A stretch of 63,284 nt of DNA, the filler included, from Basidiobolus ranarum (lineage: Eukaryota): NCBI GenBank assembly GCA_040143965.1. It is 31 parts of 31 records of this genome, joined end to end, with 100 filler letters (N's around TTAATTAATTAA, not from the genome) between each part and the next. Parts side by side here need not be neighbours in the genome. Positions count along the whole stretch, not along the records: positions 12,310 to 14,258 come from JASJQH010004030.1; positions 14,359 to 16,306 come from JASJQH010004031.1; positions 16,407 to 18,354 come from JASJQH010004032.1; positions 18,455 to 20,401 come from JASJQH010004033.1; positions 20,502 to 22,447 come from JASJQH010004034.1; positions 22,548 to 24,493 come from JASJQH010004035.1; positions 24,594 to 26,539 come from JASJQH010004036.1; 24 more parts are not named here. One strand, given 5' to 3'. The position numbers were made by a program, and so were the translations under genes. How positions within the stretch are numbered: the first letter of the stretch is position 1; the number at the start of each line of letters is the position of its first letter. Below, piece by piece: positions 12,612-25,673 of the stretch. The notes beneath the pieces are model-generated. The model worked only from the letters and a program-made list of their open reading frames with translations. It had not been told where the DNA came from and made no database searches.

Positions 12612-13454
12612 AATATGATTCAGGGATACCATCAATTATGGTAAGCATCACATCCATTCCAGGCACTTGATAACTTATTGATTCCAGTTGTTAGGCAAGT
12701 TTCTTGATGCCATTCAGATATGTCACAATATCTGATTTCTTGGACATATGAGAGTTTGAGAATTTACTTTGTGGCATCATCAAGTGAGCAAGCCCTTTTT
12801 ACTCATGATGTTTCACTGGGATTTCCCATGCATTCTTGGCAGATTCAGCATTTCTGACTAGCATATGTTGTTGTGATTACAGTCTTAGACATATTTCCCT
12901 AAATGCTAATCTGTCTTTTTCTTTAATGGTTGCCCTGGCTTCTTTAAATGTTGGCTTCTTTGTTTCAGTATCAGAGTCTGGACATTCTTCTTCATCAGGT
13001 TGAACTACTTCCCAGACTTGTTTCCCTTCAGGCACAACTTGCATATTGAATTTCCTTTCATGGATATCTTTATCATTGAACATTGGAGTTTTCAAAATCT
13101 CCTTTTTGGAAGAAGACTCTAATTCACTCACTGCTACCAGGTTGGAGGATTGTGACATAATGGATGTAGACTTTGTATATTGAAGGCAACTTATAATAGT
13201 GTTTTTTGGTTACTGTATCCTTAAGTGAATATGGTGACTTATATAGTAGAGAAGTAGATCAGTTGTTCAAGATATTCAGGAGTTTGTGTAATAAGATATA
13301 TTATATAAGTGGAATAATAAGACACATTGTTTATATAGATATAGGGATATTTCTATTTAGAATATAAGGCTATTGAAACATTGCTTTCTGTTTCTAATAT
13401 ATGCATCATAACTAGAGTCAACCAAGATGTTGAAAAAAGATTAATTATCCAACA
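12612..13454 (-). mobile_element. Copia family B: 5' LTR (13140-13454), PBS TGGTAGCAG (13131-13139) and gag
   Basis: The LTR matches the solo LTR at 56658. gag reads MSQSSNLVAVSE..QVWEVV..EKDRLAFREICLRL..AKNAWE. Confidence 0.85.
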
Positions 13455-13489
13455 CAATACTGATTTCAACTTCTGTTACTACTAACTAT

Positions 13490-13818
13490 TGTTGAAGTAT
13501 TTGGGAGCCTGTTGGAATTGGTTTGGAGAATTAGAGGAATTGGTGGTTTTCACTCATTGATGTACTGAGTAAAAAATTGACATTTATAGTTTTGTCATGA
13601 TGTAAGCAAACTAACATGTAGAATGTTTTATGGAGGGTCCCAGGAACAAGTGTGCAAAGCTTAGGGCTTCTAGCACAAGTTTGTGAAATCTATATATCTG
13701 AGAACTTCTAAGTAAATTCCAATCAACCATAATGGATAATATTGGAGTGAATTATAAGGTAACTAAGTATTAATATATATATGACTTTATAGGTGTCTAG
13801 GCAAAGCTAATTTCAACA
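13490..13818 (-). mobile_element. Copia family-A LTR, full length (about 330 bp)
   Basis: TGTTGAA...TTCAACA inverted termini; aligns with 634-970. Confidence 0.85.
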
Positions 13819-13890
13819 TTTTCTTCATTGTTTTGGTTTGAATCAATTTGAATGATTGGATCAGGAGAAAATTGATATTCATTATCAACA

Positions 13891-14017
13891 TGTCATGAAT
13901 CTGATCTCAGCATACTGATCCACTACGAATAGAACTCCTCTATTATTAGATTATGACATCATATCTGCTGTACCCTCTCTTCTTGGCAATCTTGTGTTAG
14001 TTTGATCAGACTACCTA
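13891..14017 (+). mobile_element. Chromovirus LTR 5' fragment
   Basis: TGTCATGAATCTGATCTCAGCATACTGATCC. Confidence 0.8.
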
Positions 14018-14919
14018 TACTTGCCTGTAGACTTCTCTCCATCCCTGTTTGCTAACCTTGAAACCCCCCAAGGTTGGCTTTCCTCTTATTTCCCAACTTT
14101 CCCAAGCTTCCCTGCTAAGGCAAAGGTACCTTCCACCTTTGGATAATTGCCCTAAGTGCATCCTTGCCAAGACACTACTGGTTGAGTTTACAGTTGTTTT
14201 TGATCAAAGAAGCTTTAGTACTTGATCAAGATCAAAGGACATTGATACCAGCATATTCNNNNNNNNNNNNNNNNNNNNNNNNNNNNNNNNNNNNNNNNNN
14301 NNTTAATTAATTAANNNNNNNNNNNNNNNNNNNNNNNNNNNNNNNNNNNNNNNNNNNNATGTGACTAGCTAAAAATAGATTTTATGCAGTGCCATATTCC
14401 ATCAGGATGAGCCATGGGTATGAAGCCAAGAAACAATGATTATGGCAAACTTTAAAAGCAGACACTCAAAAGTCTTGAAGTTTGTGAAAATATGATAGGG
14501 CTTTCCTTTCAATATGCAGTTTGTGAGTCTAATATGGTTATTCATCTCAATATAAAATTTGGTACATCAGCCATTAGGGAAGTCAATACAGATATACTAT
14601 CAATAGTTGTATGAGCAACATAAAGAAAGCAGCAGTTGCTAATTAGTAACTTGAATTATTAGTAGTAAACCAGAACTGGATGGATTTTGCTTTGTTAGCA
14701 ATACTAATATAACTTGTCAATGCATTCACCAAGTCAGTGGTAAAGTTTAGGTATTGTATTACTTCTCTCAACTGCATACTTTTTATCAAACATGTACTTG
14801 GCTGATTAAACCAAAACCATAGCAGCAGATGCTATTTTTAGTTATGTTATGGTTACACTTGGAGGACAGTTGCTTGAGAGTTATTCAGTTTATGTTGACA
14901 AAAAATAATTTGTATGTAA

Positions 14920-15090
14920 AATGCTTGAAATCAATAGTAAATTTTAAAATTATTAGATGTAGTAGTTAGTCAATTCATATGCTGATTAGATTGTATTGAG
15001 TTTGTGCATTCTGCAGGAGTGTTTGTTGTGCTAATTAATAGTTATGGTGATGAGCTCAGCTCAACTAACTTTTCACCACATAAATACATC
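14920..15090 (+). mobile_element. Highly diverged relative of the Copia family-C LTR
   Basis: TAGTAGTTAGTCAATTCATATGCTGATTA..GTGTTTGTTGTGCTAATT resembles 23210-23330. Confidence 0.4.
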
Positions 15091-16406
15091 CTCCTTAAAT
15101 AGTCTTGAAGTTTCATACATGCTTTATATATTGGAATATACTTAGGTAGTTAATGAGACTGCTATTTTGGTCAGTATTCTAGCTCATAGCCACATATTAA
15201 GAGGATCAGCCAATCACCAAGATCTTAACTGGTGCCGTACTTAGGTATGATTACCACATATGTCTTAAGCAGTGATGAGGCATTATTTCATGTCTTAGCC
15301 ACAGTTGTTTTGAGCTCTATGACCTAGTGATCAGATGATTGATCATCTGCTCATCAGCCCATCTACTCACCTGAAGAATGAATTTTAGTATATATAGGGT
15401 TTCTCACACCTTTGAAGCAAACATTTCTTTCCACAGTAAAATTCCATAACTACATTATCATTTCAATACCACTATTCACCCACCCTCAGCCATTATTAAA
15501 GGCATGATTGTTATTACCTAAATTCATTCATTGATCTTATTGCCTATTAAACTATTGATAAGTGATGTTCAATGCAATGAATTTAAAGTCTGTGATTCAA
15601 GATTCTAATACATGACCAAATATTCATAAGCTCCAGACAATTTTATCTTTACCTTGAGAGTAATAGACTTGCAGTCAAAACCTGTATACTGAAATGAAGA
15701 TTTAGATGCAGACATGTGAAATGACAAAACTTTTTGATAGATAATATACCTGAAGTTAGAATATAAGATAGATGATAATTGCAGGAGCACTCCTAAAGTC
15801 CTTAAGAATAGAGTTTAGTAAGACCTGAAAACTACCAGCCAAAGCCAAAGAATGTGATGCAAAGAAGCCTCTTGTGTAGCAATCATAAAATGCAAAGTCT
15901 TTGAAGTGCAAAAGACCACTGGTGAAAATTGAGAGATACAATACCAAGGAGTAATCCATATGGGAGATTCATAAAGCAAAGGCAACAAATGAAAAAGACT
16001 AGTCAACAATTGCAATTGCTAAGAATTGCATAGATAGGGAATAACTTACCATTAACACTTGAGCAACCTAAAGACTGAGAAAAATAGAGCACATATTTGA
16101 TGTTAAGACACAACTAGTATTGCAAACATTTCAACAAGAATATGCAGGTTGCTCAAGAATGCTACTAAATGATGAAAATTCAGTACTATGAAATAGGGAT
16201 ATGGGGAGCACTGGGAAAATCATAGGCAAAGTGCTAAAGAAGAAGCACAATTAACCAAGGTCATAATGTCAAGAAATGTCACAGATCGTAAGAGCCTGAA
16301 GTATAGNNNNNNNNNNNNNNNNNNNNNNNNNNNNNNNNNNNNNNNNNNNNTTAATTAATTAANNNNNNNNNNNNNNNNNNNNNNNNNNNNNNNNNNNNNN
16401 NNNNNN

Positions 16407-16759
16407 AGGGTCAACATCTAGCAGAAAGTCCTCAAAGTTGTCTGGACTTACTAGTTTGACCAAAGTTACATTTTGACCTACATCATTCTGGTCATATAAC
16501 TATGGTAACTCCATGGTATCTTGACTTTTGGCAGTGTTACCAAAGCTTTGAGGCAAACTACAGTCAGTGGACTCAATGGGCAAACCTAGAGTCAATTCAA
16601 TGTACTTATTACTGTTGTTATACACCAGGCTTTGTGCAGCCGGTGGCTTTGTACAGTGACTGTGCTTGTGATTATTTTTTCTATGAAGCCTCTGGCTTTC
16701 ATAGCACAAGAATTTGCAACAATAATAGCAGGGCTTCTTTAAATGTTTGTGTTGCTCAT
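16407..16759 (-). pseudogene. CACTA-like transposase 5' end
   Basis: Colinear with 9342-9694. Confidence 0.8.
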
Positions 16760-16971
16760 GACAAGGATATTATAGAAAAAAGAACACCTCCCACATAAGG
16801 GTGGTATTTTAGGTATAGCCCATCAATATTGTCAGCTGATTCTAAGATGGTGTCACAGATGAGTCATCAGGGGATTTAAAAGATATTTCCCATAATGGAA
16901 GGCAATTTTGGTTTATTATAAGCTGCTTCTAAGCAATTTCATTACACCAAGTTTACCATCTGAAAGTTTCA

Positions 16972-18354
16972 TTGTCATTCAAAAAGTGTTCGAAATCTAA
17001 GTCAAAATTGGCTTCCAAGCTAAAGCCTGCTGGCACAAGAGGAAAAAAACCAGCAAGAACAGAGGACTTATTTGATGAGCAGTCTAGTGATCCACTATCC
17101 ACTTTGGAAGGCATTAACATGCTGGAAACTAACTCAAGTAATAATGGAGCATTAATCTATTTACCAGATGTGTTCCTTTCAAGCAATAGTGCAAGTGAAG
17201 AGATTGTAATCCCCCAATTACGTAGTAAATCAATAGTTGAACAATGTTCAACCAAAACACCATCAAAACCATCAATTTCCAAAATGGCTACTTTGCCCAC
17301 TATTGAACAACCCTCCTTAGAAAATTTGGATAGAATTATTACAACAAGGGAATTGCAGGCAGAATACCATAATGATTTGTACGAAATCATAAGTAAAAAC
17401 TATGAAGTTGCTATATAGGCATATGACAAGCAATCATACCACAATATTGCAATTAATGCAGCATCTGGAAGCAACTAGTCAACAGTTAGACAGTCACTCA
17501 ACAATGATACAAGACCTTTAGAATGCTGTACTTGAGCTACAGCAACATGCTGCTCCCTCCATCCATTCTCATATGGGATTTCAATCAATCTCACACCATA
17601 CATATGAATGTCACCATGACAATCTAGCAGAGCAGAATATGTGTTGGACCATTAAGCCTACACAACAACCTGAAATTGCTTGGGCACATGAAAGTAGAAA
17701 TCTCATAGGAAAACCAGCAAACCAAAAGACTCTGAATGTCAGAGCTGCTGTCACTTGTTCTGATGATGAGTGGCTTAACATTTTGCAAACTATGTGGAAT
17801 CTTGCCCAAAACCACCTGGATTTGAGCCAATCCTGGAAAAACCAAAAACCAGGTGTTACTCAGAAGGTTCTTGACTTATTTCATGTCACTTATCCTGGGT
17901 TTTGCAAGCAAATGGCAATTGGGCTAATATAGGCCTATTCATGAAACATTTCAAAAATGTATGCAATTATTGACTTGGAAAAGAGAGAAAAGCAGCACAA
18001 GAAATACTTAAGGAGCAGGAAGTTAGTGAACCCAAGGGAAAAGCAACAGAGCCAGTGAATTTAGGCTCTACTGTCCCACTTACCAAATTCTTTGTACCAT
18101 TACAAAGATCTGCATTTCCAGAGTCAGATATACTGGCAAAAAAGCTTAATTTCACCATGAAACCAGGTACACCATTCAGAAGAGTGCTAAATTTGGAAGT
18201 TTATCCAACACTTGGCACCTCTCAACAAGCCAAAATGCCAGCAAATAAAACTCATGGCTCTCCAACCTCAACTGGTACTTTTCAAAGTGTTGAAATTAGC
18301 CCCAAAGTTAAAGGCAAGCAAAAAGCTGCACAAACACCACAAAGCACCCTCAGT
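16972..18354 (+). pseudogene. CACTA-like element ORF2 (accessory protein), decayed
   Basis: Near-continuous frame through ORFs 16972, 17573 and 18055; overlaps 28686 onward, which runs to the A-end TIR. Confidence 0.75.
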
Positions 18355-18454
18355 NNNNNNNNNNNNNNNNNNNNNNNNNNNNNNNNNNNNNNNNNNNNTT
18401 AATTAATTAANNNNNNNNNNNNNNNNNNNNNNNNNNNNNNNNNNNNNNNNNNNN

Positions 18455-20401
18455 AATAAGTGGTCTTGCCTCTGTTTCAAGTATGAAGTGAGTCATATAG
18501 AGTTGGGCCTTTAGTTTCTTGATCATCTTTACAGCTCCAAGTAGTTCTCTCTTGATCTGGGAATATCTCTGCTCCCTAGGGTTAAATAAGCAGCTTTCAT
18601 ATCTGCAGGCATTTTGGTTGCCTGCTTCATTGTTCTGGCCTAAAAGAGCCCCTGCTCCAATAGGGCTTGAATCAACTGTGAGTACTGGTGGTCTTGTGGC
18701 ATCTGTATAGTCTAGTGGCTTAAGTATGGGATGAGATCTTAGTGCTCACTCCAGCTTCTCCATAGCAGCATCTTGATCAAGTCCACATTCAAACTTCACA
18801 TTCTTTCTCTGCAGTTGGTATATGGGTTCTGCAATTTCAGAGAAATTGGGAATCCATAGTCTAAAAAGTCCACCAGCAGCCACAAATCCTCTTGTTTGGG
18901 TTAAGTTGCTTGGTGTTGGCCATGTGAGAAGTTTCTCAATCTTAGATGGTCCTGGTGTTCCTCCATAAATGTCACATTTCTCCCATCTATGGATATTTCT
19001 GGCATTCCAAAGTCACTTCTCTCACCACTTATAGTGAGTCCAGCTTTCTCAATTTTGGTCAAAATCTGGTCATTGCCTTGTATATGGTCATATGCAAATC
19101 TTCTTACTCCTGGGAGTACTTCAGTTGTGTATTTGATAGGTAATCCTTTTATGCCAATGTCATCTACAAATACAGCTAACTTGTCTGGGATGAACTTTTA
19201 AAGGACATTGACCATCACATGCTGAAACTGTGCAACAGAGTTAGTTCCACCTGGGATGAATCTTGTCATTCTTAGTGGCCCAAAGGGAGTCTGTAGCCCA
19301 AACATGTCCCTTGAGGATTCATCAATAGGTATTTGGTCATATCCTGAGTATAGGTAATATGTTGAATATATGGAAGCTCCTACAAAGCTCTCTGCAAACT
19401 CATCAATTGAAGGAGGTACTGCAGCATCCCTGTTTATTACCACATTAGCTGGCTGCATGTCTTGTATGAATCTCAGTTTGCCATTCTTCTTCTTTGTGAC
19501 AAACCAGCAATTGGCATAGGGTCCATAGCATGGTTCTAGGATTCCAGCTTTATCTTACTCTTAAGAAGTCCATGTACATCTGGTTGCAGGCCTCTTGGTA
19601 GTGGGTAAGGTTCATAAGACCATGATGTGTGTTCTACAGTGTGAATTTCTTTTGGCTTCTCAATTCAGGGCAGTAGTAATCCCATTTCCTGGTCATTGTA
19701 TGCAAAGACTCTGCCATGTCTGACAATCATATCTCTGAATAGTTTAACTTCCTGAGGGCTGAGGTTGTCATTGCCAATCTTGACAATAGCTAGTCTCTCT
19801 GGAGTTAGTCTGATGCTAGTGTTGTTGTCTACTGGCTCCCTTTCTAGATTGGCTGGTCTGGTTCCATCAGTAAGTGGTTCAAGGGAAGACTTTACTTTAG
19901 TAGCAACTGTCTTGTACTGGTCCTAACAGTGGCTTCTTGTACTTTAGGTCCTAAAGCAGCTCCCCAAGCCAAGTTTGAGTTGCATGTATAATGTACTTTG
20001 TAGTAAGTATCTTCTTTGATGGTGCTTCTGCACTCAGTTTGAGTTCTATGGTCAGTTGCTGGTGCTCCACAAAAGTTGGTGAGTAGTCCTGGGTTGCTTC
20101 CATAAATGGTGTACCAAACAGATCCATCAGGGTAATTCATCACCATTGCTCTTGCTTTTGTCTCCTAAGGTCTTTCAAGTAGTAGGTTGAAGTTTGCTTT
20201 TTGGCAGATGAGGACAGGTACAGTGTGCTCCACTCCTTGTACATTGATGGGAAATGCATGAATGACTCCTAAAAGGGCAGAGACTCCAGTGTTGGCATCA
20301 CACATATTCCAGTGGATGTCAGCAGCCATTGGGAGCAAGTGTGTGCATGGTAATGACTTATAGAAGTTCATTGCCATCACACAAATCTCTGACACAATAT
20401 T
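18455..20401 (-). mobile_element. Gypsy family 2 pol (protease, RT, RNase H linker), decayed
   Basis: PYANCWFVTKKKNGKLRFIQDMQPANVVINRDAAVPP..SGYDQ..SRD..TPFG..GTNSVAQF..VFVDDIGIKG..RGFVAAGGLFRLWIPNFSEIAEP. Confidence 0.9.
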
Positions 20402-20503
20402 NNNNNNNNNNNNNNNNNNNNNNNNNNNNNNNNNNNNNNNNNNNNTTAATTAATTAANNNNNNNNNNNNNNNNNNNNNNNNNNNNNNNNNNNNNNNNNNN
20501 NCC

Positions 20504-20641
20504 TTACCACTACCAACCGATATGCAGAAAGAACCAAACAACGAAGAATATGATGAAGAATATGAAGACAATCCATTAGTTTCCCACATCTCTGGAGATG
20601 AATACTGGTCTGATGGTGATGGTGGTATTGATGAATGGTAG
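20504..20641 (+). CDS. Possible acidic C-terminal end of an unknown host gene
   Basis: Open frame from the contig start: LPLPTDMQKEPNNEEYDEEYEDNPLVSHISGDEYWSDGDGGIDEW*. The contig has normal CpG. No recognisable domain. Confidence 0.4.
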   Translation, partial: LPLPTDMQKEPNNEEYDEEYEDNPLVSHISGDEYWSDGDGGIDEW

Positions 20642-22547
20642 TGGTTTTTTGTATATTTATGGAAGCATGACTTCTGTTGTACTCTCTTATAATCGATGTT
20701 ATTCTATTTTTCTTCGTACATTTTCAATTGATTCACCCTTAACGTAACGGTAGTATGTAAAATAAGCTTAGCTAGCAATGTTTAGCACTTACTGCTTGGT
20801 AGTGTCTCATTCATGTATTCCAACGCCTGATTTCTTTTACCTACACAACCGTACACATAGACTCTTCAACAGCCAACCACAAGAGGTGATTAACTACTTC
20901 GAGAAGACATTAATACCACCTCATGACCATCAGCGTATTTAACACGGAGAGACGGGATGGCGATGTAACATTTACGTTGACTGACTAATAAATGAAAGAA
21001 ATCATTTTTTAAACCTGTTCCTAACTCTTGTACAACGGGAACCATCCAACATGATTTGAAATAAGTCAAGACAGGTAGTGTTAGTGTGACCTAAGGATTG
21101 AAGTACACACCAACTCGGAGATATATTAAGAACATAATGGAACTAAATGAGTGAAAATCCTCCATTTGAAATCCATGATCTTTACCTAATCAGAACGGGA
21201 ACTCCAAAACCATCCTACCCAGTGATAGAATCTGATCCGCAAAGACCCTAATCTTCTACGAGTATTTGAACGATGCTTCTCGGAAATGATCACTCTATTT
21301 GATGTGCTTTAATTAGCCGAAGGCATTCCTGATTAATCTGAGTGGATAGTGGCTGGACCGGTCTGAGATTCCTTTCGATCTGATCTACTTGGATGGAATG
21401 TAATGGACTTGAATTGAATTGAATAGGATCGGACTGGATTGGATTGAATTATTCTTCATGACATTAAAGAATGATCGATTGGGCCCAGAATAATAATCGT
21501 TTCCCAAACCTCATTCCTAGTTGGGAAGTTAGGACTAGTTCCTACTAAAATCCATACCATACAACGATTAGAAAGGGGATGTGACTTGGGTTTTGGAATT
21601 TATTTCTTTTCCTCTAGAGAACACCCTACAAAACCGGCAAAGATCGGAGGTATCTCTGAAATAACGAAGAGCAACGAAAATGTGTTAAATATCGATGAGA
21701 CTTACGGTGTGAATGCTTATGAAAGCAATCATAGCTGATAAAAGTCGAGGAAAAGTAGGCATAATGGGGAGGAGTCTTTGCGTTGAATACCACACTCACA
21801 AAATAGAAAGAAAAGCACGAAAAAAAGTTAAAAAGAAATGAAATATGAACTTTCCAAGAGGTGAGATAACTGATTTGCCATAGCATAAACGATCCATATA
21901 TCACCCCTTGGAGGAGAAGGGTTATAAACCAAAGAAAAAATTCACTAATAATAAAAAAGCATACTCCTACTTCCAATAAAGAGTCTTAAAAAAAGCAAGT
22001 GCAGTCAGCTGCAACTCTTATCTAGAAGAAGGGTTCAGAACGAAAGGTTCAATAGAAAATAAGGGCTACATCACTCACAAAAGCAATGTCCCCGGTTGAT
22101 CTATTTAACCCTATCGTTTAGATGAATGGCACATGTCTTAATGAGGCTTTCGGGCACAGCATATCTGGCTTCGCTCAATGGGCAATGATTGCAGTAATCT
22201 TGAACACCTTATCTCGAGTGGCTTAATATATACGTAAAGCACGCATACCAAGCTACCCCAGCATGTCCAGATTCACAAGCAATTAGACTTGAATGTACCA
22301 CCGATTGTCATTAAATTGCCAAGCGGTACGACTACCTTAGTGAGACAGAGAGCTCCTTCATCTTTTTTAACGCAGTCAAGAAGAAAACGACAGTTTAAAA
22401 GTCATAATCAAAGAGTGGGTATTCAACGCTATTAACTAATCAAAGGGNNNNNNNNNNNNNNNNNNNNNNNNNNNNNNNNNNNNNNNNNNNNTTAATTAAT
22501 TAANNNNNNNNNNNNNNNNNNNNNNNNNNNNNNNNNNNNNNNNNNNN

Positions 22548-23532
22548 CATTGCTGTAGCAGTGGGAACTGTCAGCCAATACCTCAAAAATCCAGGATCTG
22601 AGCACAAAACTGCAGTAAAATGAATATTCAGGTATTTGAGAGGAACTGTAGATCTAGTCCTGGAATACTCTGCCACTCCTGATGCATGAAATTTTGAAGG
22701 GTACAGTGATGCAAACTGGGGAAGAAACCTTGATGATAGAAGATCAACAACTGGATACACTTTTCTCTATGGTAATGGAGCCATAACTTGGAATAGTAAG
22801 AAGTAACCAACCATAGCACTTTCCACTGCAGAAGCAGAGTATATGGCTGCCTCTGCTACTACACAAGAAGCTATGTGGTTAAGGAAGTTATTTACAGGCT
22901 TAGGATACATGCAAAAATGTGCTATTACCGTATTTGAAGATAATCAAAGTTGTATTTCATTATCTAAAAACCCTACATTTCATGCTAGAACAAAACATAT
23001 AGATATTAGGCATCATTTTGTTAGAGAAGCAATAGAGAATGATATAATTGAACTTGTCTATTGCCCTACTGAAGAAATGATTGCTGATATCTTAACCAAA
23101 CCTTTAGCTAAAGCACAATTTGAATTATTATGATATAAGTTAGGTTGAAGAGAAACACAAAATAATTAGTTGAGTGGGAATGTTGAAATTAGGTAAATAG
23201 CAACTCATTATTTAGTAGTTAGTTTATTCATATTCTGATTATTTAGTACTCAATTCTGTCATTCAAAAACGTGTGTTTATTGCTCTAATTGATAGAAACA
23301 CCAATTAGATCACTTTTACCAATTTTCACTATTTTCTCAAAACTTCTCCAAATCACCTCAAATTTTCACCCATGCCTAACAGGCATGTTTGTTATGATCT
23401 AAGCACGTCCAATAGTCCTATTTCATAGTAAACTATAAATAGGACATATTCAATTCAATAAAACTCAAGTGTCTAATTCACAAATCCAAATCTTGTCCAA
23501 AACACTTCCAAATCCCCTAAACACTTTTATCA
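22548..23532 (+). mobile_element. Copia family C: RT end and RNase H, PPT, 3' LTR (23181-23532)
   Basis: GYSDANWG..DRRSTTGY..STAEAEYMA..EDNQSCI..HARTKHIDIRHHFVRE..MIADILTKPL. PPT TTGAGTGGGAA, LTR TGTTG...TTATCA. Confidence 0.95.
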
Positions 23533-24493
23533 CTACTATCCAAATACAACACTAAACTTCATGATTTTTCCATCAACAGCCTGGTCAGATTTTGATATCA
23601 TCACTGATATCAATTCACCAATTAGTCAGTCTAACATCAAACTTGGTATTAGCCATAAGCCTGAGATTATATTGCTAAAGGGGATCAGCTGAAGCCAGAG
23701 CTTCCCATTTGTAACTATGCATGTAATATTGAACAGCATTCCAATACCACTTACTCAGCTATATAGTGGAAAATTCAATATGAATGAACCATTTGAGATA
23801 GGATCAATGTTTGAATTAATTGGGAAAATGCTTGAAAACATCAAGATACCATCATATTTCACCAGGACTCCCATCAACATTCACTAATCTAGGTGTTCAT
23901 TCAAATGCAAAGACTAGAAGTATTGGTTTTGTATATATTCAATTGGAATTTTGGAAAGATTTCTGCCTGAAAATTATTGGCAATATTGGAAGTTATTTGT
24001 AGATATTGCTGATAAATCATTATGGCATTGACTCACATTGGCAGTTCTCAGGCTGATACAGTGACTGTGCAAAGATTTTGTAATTGGATATGAAAAACTT
24101 TATTACTGGTTTAACAAAGATACACTGAACATAAGCCAGTATTCAATACATTCCCTGCAGCATCTTTCACAATGATTAAAGTTTTTAGGCCCTTGCTATA
24201 CATTCTGGGAGTTCCCAAAGGAGTGCACCTGTGGTGAAATGATGCTGCTTGTAAAATTGTCAGTATGACCATATGCTAATCTGATTAACAATGTATCAGC
24301 AAAATCAGTGATGGATTTAATGAGATGAGTTAAGGAGACTCTAGAGTATAGTAATCTGCCAACAATAGGCTCTTTTCAATGTGCTCAAGGGTTTTTGCAT
24401 TGTTTGAGCACAATAACAGCAACAAAGCTCAATCCATATACACAGAGCAAGTACCTTTATCACCGGACCAATTTGCTTCTGTGATAATCTGAC
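23533..24493 (+). mobile_element. CACTA-like transposase central part
   Basis: IILLKGIS*SQSFP..TMH..IHSLQHLSQ..GPCYTFWEFPKE. Confidence 0.85.
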
Positions 24494-24593
24494 NNNNNNN
24501 NNNNNNNNNNNNNNNNNNNNNNNNNNNNNNNNNNNNNTTAATTAATTAANNNNNNNNNNNNNNNNNNNNNNNNNNNNNNNNNNNNNNNNNNNN

Positions 24594-25120
24594 CCAAGAG
24601 TTTATTCTCATTGTGAACAGTAACAAGAGTCAGCTATTTGCCAAGTGCCAGTGCTATTCAAAATTTCAGTTGTTTAGCAATTATTCCACCCTTAGTTTGC
24701 TGGAAAACCATATTGATGTTGTTGAGTTATGTCTAATCAGTCAAATATCTGCATATGTAGAGACTAAATACAATGAGATTCTTGTATTTTTTGATTCTCA
24801 TCATGGCTAGAATACAAATCCTAAAATATCTAAATAAATGCATGCATATTAATTTAAATTCCTGCAGCAGTAAACCCAGTAATTTGCCATTCAAATATAT
24901 TTTTGCAAAAATTGCTGGATATTAAATAAAGCATGCCAACTTTGAGGATCCATAATTTAACATGTATGAATACCATTAAGTTACCATCAAGAAACCACCA
25001 TCACACTATTAAAATCCCTGGCAGAATGAAAGCCAACAATATTGTGAAGGTTCTCTGATGGTTTTGCTATTTTGGAGGGTGGATCCAATCTCAATCAAAT
25101 CAATTTTATTTTTCTCAGGC
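24594..25120 (+). mobile_element. CACTA-like transposase 3' end and degenerate B-end
   Basis: Aligns with 31175-31705. Confidence 0.8.
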
Positions 25121-25673
25121 CAACCTCAACTGGTTATTTTCAAAGTGTTGAAATTAGACCTAGGCTTAAAGCCAAGCCAAAAGCCATACAAACACCACAA
25201 AGCACCCTCAGTAGTGTCACACTACAAGGATGTATAAAATCAGTACAAGTGCATGAGGAGTATTTTTAAAAGTATGAAGGGAAAAATGTAATGCAAGAAT
25301 GCAGAAAGTGGCTTCAGAAGAAGAACGTTCAACTTGAAATTCAGTCAGGTGTTGGCCATGCAGATATCTGGGCAGAACTCAATACAGAGTGGCATAATAT
25401 TGCGGGGTATCTGCTAGATAGCTGGAAGAATATTAATTCAGCAATGATAATACAATGGTGAGCTTTGATGGAGATGTTGATACAAACTTATGTTGGATAT
25501 GAGCTAAACCTTGGGTATGAAGAACTCTATAAAAATATTCAGGAGAGTATGTCAACAAAACTAGAGATTCAAAAGGGGACAAATTAGTGTTTAAGTGGTA
25601 AAGGTGTAAAATTCCAGTTATGTTTTTTGCAGATGTGTTGATTTGTATTTTTCTGAGATTGTAGCTAATCATG
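25121..25673 (+). mobile_element. CACTA-like ORF2 3' part (target of the preceding insertion)
   Basis: Aligns with 28943-29495. Confidence 0.8.

Noticed and set aside
21260-21345. C/D box snoRNA
   Set aside because: CTGA is present but there is no good RTGATGA box C or recognisable rRNA guide.
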